A stretch of 64,000 bases of DNA. It comes from the human T2T-CHM13v2.0 reference genome, Homo sapiens. Below the pieces are notes generated by a model. That model made no database searches and was not told the DNA's origin. It saw only the letters and a program-made list of their open reading frames with translations. Made by a program: the position numbers and the translations under genes. The stretch is taken from NCBI RefSeq assembly GCF_009914755.1, contig NC_060930.1; one strand, given 5' to 3'. Shown one piece after another: positions 57,571-64,000 of this stretch. The first letter of the stretch is position 1. Each line of letters begins with the position of its first letter.

Positions 57571-60500
57571 ATTCCGTAGCTATTAGTGGATATTTTGATG
57601 TCAGTGGCCTCAGAATTCAGGGAATCCCAAAGCCACACAATTGCCAAAAATATTTATGAAGTAGGGAACATTTGAATAATATGCCATAGATGATGGGATT
57701 CTAAAATTATGCTTCATATTATTTTTGTTCAAATTGCGTTTTGGCCAGATTTTACTTATTGTACACTTTTCTTTTTTTGCCAATGGGGTGTGTGTTCAAT
57801 TATGTTACAAATAATATTAAAAGGAATATACTGAAGGAAAGTGAAAGTTCCCTTATACTTAAGGCAAGCATTTAAAAAATGGAAGATAAACAGACGTGAC
57901 TAACATAGGCTCCCTTTTTGAATCACTGAATCTGTCTCATGATCTCCTCCTTGGGTGAGCTAACCTGCAGGCAATTAATACCTAGTGAAAGTTGACCTGA
58001 GCAGAGGTTTGCTCAATAATCTGCAGAACCTATTTTCTTGAGATGGGTTAAATCAGTGCATAACAGCTAAGGAGAGTATCATTTTGAATTAAGAGAGACA
58101 CAAAATGGCTGGACAAAGATTCTCAGCTATATTCCATAATTCTCAGAGAATCCAAGTCCAACCCCTTGTATTCTGGGAAGGTGCTATTATGTGGTTTAAG
58201 GGAAGCTTAAAAATATCAGCTTCCTACATAACTGGTAGTAAGTTATTTAAACAGTGACTCTGCTTCCCAGAACTTCTAAGTGATACATTTTATCCTGATT
58301 ACCACTGAGAAACCTGTAAACTCTGCCTCCTGAACCCAAAAGAGAAAGCCAAAATATATATGAATGATGTGTATAATGTCAGTCTTCATTATTATTAATA
58401 CAAAATGTCACTGCGATACATCGTTAGGGAGATGGGTTTTTTAAGACATTCGGGTAAGTTCAGGAAAGAGACTGCCAGCATCAGTACAGTTCTAAGAACA
58501 TAGTAGGTATTCAGGTGTTGATTGTACTCATCATTTGGATCTGAGGTTTTTACTTCCTGGAAAAAAAAATAGCTACCACATTTATTTGGCAACAGCAAAA
58601 GGCCAGTTTCTATGATAGGCGCCAAATTATATATGTGGTTTCATTTAAGTTAATCATTATTGTTACTTTTGGTTAAAGTAACATATCCAAAACCACAAAA
58701 CATATGACTGAGCCTAAATTCTAGCCCAGGTCTGTATGGTCTCAAAGCATCCGCTCCCTCCATCATACCGCATCTCCCTCTGACGTCTATAATGAACTAT
58801 ATCTTTTCAGTTATGGGTTTGAATGCTTAATAATCTTTTCTAAAAACCAAAGGTTGTGCCATCCCTTCCTGGCTGATTTGGAAAGAGGGCTGTGTTTATG
58901 TGAATGTTCGCTGGGACAGCATGTGCCTTTGTGGGGTGATTAAGGCATCCCTAGCACACTCTGCAACAACATGTGCTCTTTGTTGGCATTGTTTTTCATA
59001 AACCATAGACAATAGAGATCAGGAGGTCACACTGCCTGCTTTGACAACCCAGAGGGCCTAAGAGGCTCTTGTACGCAATTGCTTTCCACCCCTTGATGTC
59101 TCAAATGGGTGTGAGATTAGAGTGGGAAAGGAAAAAGAAAAATGAAACAATAACACACAGTAGACAGCTCACACACTTCATTGAAGTTTACACAATATGT
59201 TCCCAAATGATTAATGGATCTTGTCCAGAACATTTATTTAGAGCCTTCTCTGACCCACTTTAATTAATTAATTTTTTTGACTACATAATATATGCATATG
59301 ATACAAATTGAAAATGTTCACATGGTATAGCAGTAGGGCCCCAAAACAGATATCTTACAGGTTGGTGTGGTGGGAGGGCAGTGGACAGCTTCAAGACAAG
59401 ATGCCCAGAATTAAAATGCAGTCCCAGCTCTGTATGTCTTCCAGGAGCTGATTATCCCATCCGGACGATCATATGAATGATAATATCTGCTTTGCCCCCC
59501 TTGGGTCACACATAAATCCTGTCTCTTCAAAGCTAGATCAGGACGCTAGCGGGGGTCTTCAGCCTCAGCCAACTGCTGACTTGGAAGCTCTCCTTCAGGG
59601 CATGCAGCCGTACCTCTGAACCCCAGCCTGACACCGAAGCTCCTCCACCTGGAGCAGGGATGCGGCAAGGGTGCCCCATGGGAACCTAGTCATTCTTTCT
59701 CATGAGTAGATCTTTGTCAGGATTGTCTAAATTTATCAGAGACTCTAATAATATTGATCATCAAAAGGATCAGGGTTTTGATTGCTTTCCTTCCATGATA
59801 TTTCTGGGCACCTAGGTAGAATTGTTGATTCCCTTCCTCAAGGGAGGGAGAATATGCTCAGCCATATGGGAAATCCACACTATATTGGGGCTTGATGTTT
59901 CTAAAACCTAAGAAAGGCTACTCTGGTGATTCTTACTGGAACAAAAAAGAGTTTTGTTGTCTCCACTGCTACACATAGAGGCAGATAACTTTTAAGTAGA
60001 GGTCTTTCACAAGTAAGTAAATAAAGTGTATAAACATATGTAAATGAGAAATTTAGTGGGCAGAGAGGCTATGCATGGTGGGTAGATAGCGTGAATACTA
60101 TACTTGCCAAGTACCTTGAGTGTACATAAACATGTGCAAATAAGCTGTAACTCAGGTAAATGATCTTAGGGTTCTTCATGTGGTATTTTGTGCTGTCAGA
60201 GGGTTAGACCGTAATTATGAAATGCGTGTTATTATATGGACCAAAGCGTTCTGTGAAGACTCAATGGAGGAATAGACGATGTTTAGCTAATTTTGGATCA
60301 TTGGTAAGATTTAAAAAGGCATTTCTATAAAAAACAATGGGATCAAAAATATAAAAATGTATTTAGGGTATAATGACTAGACCATTTTTGCTGGGATGAG
60401 AAATATGTGAATGCGGAGACTAAAGGGAGCAATCTAAAAGCCTTTCTACATATCTGGGTGCTTTCCACATGACCAGAGACAAATGTTAGTCTACATTTAC

Positions 60501-61800
60501 TTATATATTTATTTTTCTTTTATATACATTATGGTTAAATATTGTGGTTCAATACATTATTTTGAAATCTTTATATTTTTAAGGGAGGAAATAAAAAGAT
60601 TATGTATGAAAGTAATTATGTAGCCATTCACAAAAATATGCATTCTGCTTTTGAAGATATTTTATACATATATTAAACACATGTATAAATAGAAAAGGGC
60701 AGAAGATATATTCAGATATCATTGACCATTCAAGTCTTGTGCTCTTTCACAAGTGGGAGGCTCTGGAGTAGTATTTTTCCATGTGTTGGAGAGACATCAA
60801 TAGGTTCCTTCATGAGCCTTTTCTAGCAATTGCCCTTAGTCAGGAGAGTGAGTACAAGAAGAATGTAGTACTTTATGGAGTCCTGCAGAATGTTGTGTCT
60901 GGGATCAAGCTATTTTTCTGCCCTCTTGATTCAGTTTTCCTGACTGTAAAAACCACCGCCAATTTGTTCAAGAGAATCATTGGATTTTTTTGTGTGTTTA
61001 TGTTCCTTTTTGAAGACCAGACTCATACAAAACTCAGTTACCTTTAAATTGCTTACTTTAAAAAAATGGTAATCAAATTTGGTGTGGATGGAGGTGTTGA
61101 TTTGTGTGCTTTTATGAGCAGGCTGCAGCTGAAGAAATGGATGTATGGATTTACTCAGTTCACTTTCTGTGAAGATACTGTTGATTTTACATTCATCAAA
61201 AAAAGTGGATTTACCACATTAATTTGTGAATGACCAAAAGCTATTAAAAGATGTATGGTGGAAATTAATGTACTGTATCATCTGTAAGATACCCCTCTTT
61301 TTGAAAAAAAAAAACCAAAAAACAAAAAACTGGAACACCAAGAATGCTGAAGTTAATATAATGGGCAAGTCTTGAATTATGTGTGTATCAGTATCACCTT
61401 TGGCCTAACTTTTGAAAATAGGATTGTTAAACTCACATATTACCACATAGTATTTTTCTGGATTGTATAGTTTGGTTAACATTTAACAGATGCAGTTGCG
61501 TTAGATATCAGCAGTGGAAAATGATTTCTTCTTTAGAATAAAATTTTTTAACTGTATCATTGATTTTCTTGATTTAATTTAGAACATGTACATCTAACAT
61601 TTTGCAGAGATTTTTATGAACATATGGGGCTGCGTTTTGTAAGATTTAAATTAATGATTGTTGGTCATCAGTGAGACCGGTGAGTTATGTGGTATAAGTT
61701 TATGCATCCTTTTTATACTGTTTGGTAAACAAGGTACTCTGATCCTACTCCATCTCCCCTAGAAAACTGGAAAAAAGATGTATTTTCTTTCTCACCATAG

Positions 61801-61917
<117 letters not shown>

Positions 61918-62174
61918 TAAGCCTGTTGTAGTTTGCTTTGCTTGAGGGAAACAAATATACATACATCCCAATCTTGGCAGTGCATCTTCAAATTTTTGTC
62001 TTTGCTTTATCTTGCAGAATATAATCCTGATTTTTCAAATGACCTAGGCCTCAGGGAGTTCCTTCATAGGGGGGCTAGAGTGCTTGAGCCCAATGGAGCA
62101 GAGAAGGTCAGGGAAAACCTGAGCATGGGTTAAAGTGTCAGTGGACACTTTCGTAGAAATGCTTCCCAGAATGA

Positions 62175-62310
62175 CAGTACAGTGATGCCAGGGAAAGAGC
62201 ACTGACCTGAGAATGGGGAGACTTGGGTTGTGACTTAGCTCTTCTAAGTAGCTTTTGTAAATCATCATGGGCTTCAGAGTTTCCTCACCTGCAAAGTGAG
62301 TGCAAATGAG
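62175..62310 (+). mobile_element. MIR fragment
   Basis: ggaaagagcactgacc...agtttcctcacctgcaaagtg. Confidence 0.55.
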
Positions 62311-64000
62311 TTTGAACTCAGTTTTAACCAGGGGACCTTGATATACTCTGCTGGTGACTCTGAACCCCCTGAAAATACAAACAGAATTGTGTATTTAGGG
62401 AAGTGTTTACAGCTAATGTCAGAATCTCCAAATGATTCATAATACAAAAAAAGTTCAGAGCCGCCAGACTAGTATCCCCAAGGTCACAGCATCACCATTT
62501 CTCAAGTTCCGGAGCAGAGGTCATGTTGGACTGAGTGCCATTTTCTAAAATATGCCTGTTCATCATCTTTGTGGAACACATTTGTTTCCATCATTCTGAG
62601 CTAATTTCAGCACCCTAAATGTCATATGCGCCTTCTCTGTGAACAGAAACAGGCTATTCTTTCTTTTGGGGACCCTCTTCTCTGGCTCCTTGGCTCTCTT
62701 CTTCATCACTCAAGCTTTATTTTCTCCAGGGAGCCTCCTTTCTGAATCTGCATTTGGGGAATTTCCCCTGCCATGGCAGTCACAGTACCATATGAGAATT
62801 GCCTGTTTTCATATGGGTAACCCTACTAAGCCTGAAGTTACCTAAAGTTAGATATTCTTCTGATTTATGTGTCATTGTGTCACTTGTCCCATCAGAGTGC
62901 CTGGCACATAATGGATGCCTGGTAAATATTTTCAGTGGAACAAAAATGTTAATAGTTTTACAGGATGAATAGCAGCCCACTGCAGAATGGCTTATATCAT
63001 AGGCTTCCTTGCCAAAAGGAATTAAAAATTGCTTTTGAGTGTGATGTGGTTAGAGAGGAGAAAAAGGTTCAACTGCTTGGGGGAAGATGATCAATGATCT
63101 TAAATGGTAAAGGCCAGCAGTCTAAAGAGTGTTTGGGAGGCTGTCTCCTGAGTGTTGATTAGCTGGTCATTTTGGTCAGGCACGGGTCACCATTTTTTAC
63201 TCTTGCTAATGGATTATAGACAGCAGGGCTAAATAAACAGCAGTTCTCAGCTGGAATCTAGAGGTGAGTTATAGCCTCAGGGAATGCTCACCTTTTTAGA
63301 GTTAATGCTTTCAGGACATCTTGATAGATTCTTAAGACCACTAACTGGTTGCCGGAAACCCAGGATTAAATTGAGTTGAACCTCGGATTTCTGCTGAACT
63401 AAGCAGAACTAAGGCATGAGCCTTTACAGCTTGAGAAGGGTACTTCTTTCCTGATCTTTATCCTCTAGCAATAGCAACTCAATGAGTCAACATTTGCTGG
63501 TTCTTGCCACACTACTGAGCATGAATTTGCCTCAATTCTTGAGCCGAAAGATGGCTGTGATGCCGAAAAACTGTTTTTACATGAATGAAGGCCCATTTCT
63601 CCAGTTCTCAGAAAAAGAGAAAGTTAAATTTTTATTATGCTTGGGCTGGGATGGAGAAAACCCAATTAAAAAGTCGAGTTACATAGCTGTCATTTGAGTC
63701 AGTTAAGTGTGTCATTTAGTCCATGCATACATATATAGATTCATAACCAAATGTTAAGCCTATTAAAATATTTAATCACTACTTATTAAAAGTATCAGTA
63801 TAGAAACTAATCTTTTAAAAAGGGCTACCTTGTCAGCCTTTTAGCTTGCAGAAACGTCATACCATGGGAAATCATACTAAATCATTAAATACAATAGAAG
63901 CTTCCGCCTCTTCTTTCAAGTATATGAAAATAACACATGGCAGCAGGAAACCTACACTGTGAGTTTCTAGAAACTTTCTTTGCAGTTTGGTAGGATAAAT

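Overview
Primate (almost certainly human/hominoid; AluY present) genomic DNA lying entirely inside the LRRC1 (LANO, LAP-family leucine-rich-repeat protein) gene on the + strand. Nine internal coding exons (79, 90, 57, 64, 75, 145, 119, 84 and 116 nt; I number them 3-11 from recall of the protein) have canonical AG/GT boundaries and splice into one continuous LRR reading frame ([15 protein letters not shown]...[11 protein letters not shown]). The start and stop codons are outside the window. The introns are dominated by Alu, L1, L2, MIR, MaLR LTR and DNA-transposon fossils, and nearly all ORFs in the supplied track are spurious. The main unexplained structures are: (i) a ~340-bp non-Alu inverted duplication in intron 2 whose mismatches are biased to G-U pairs in the sense RNA; (ii) a perfect 27-bp inverted repeat enclosing a direct duplication; (iii) an AluY with a one-directional A>G cluster resembling fossilised ADAR editing; (iv) a full-length THE1 element with DUX4-type motifs nested inside MER1 inside L1. 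Repeat subfamily names are from recalled consensus sequences, and mismatch counts are manual.
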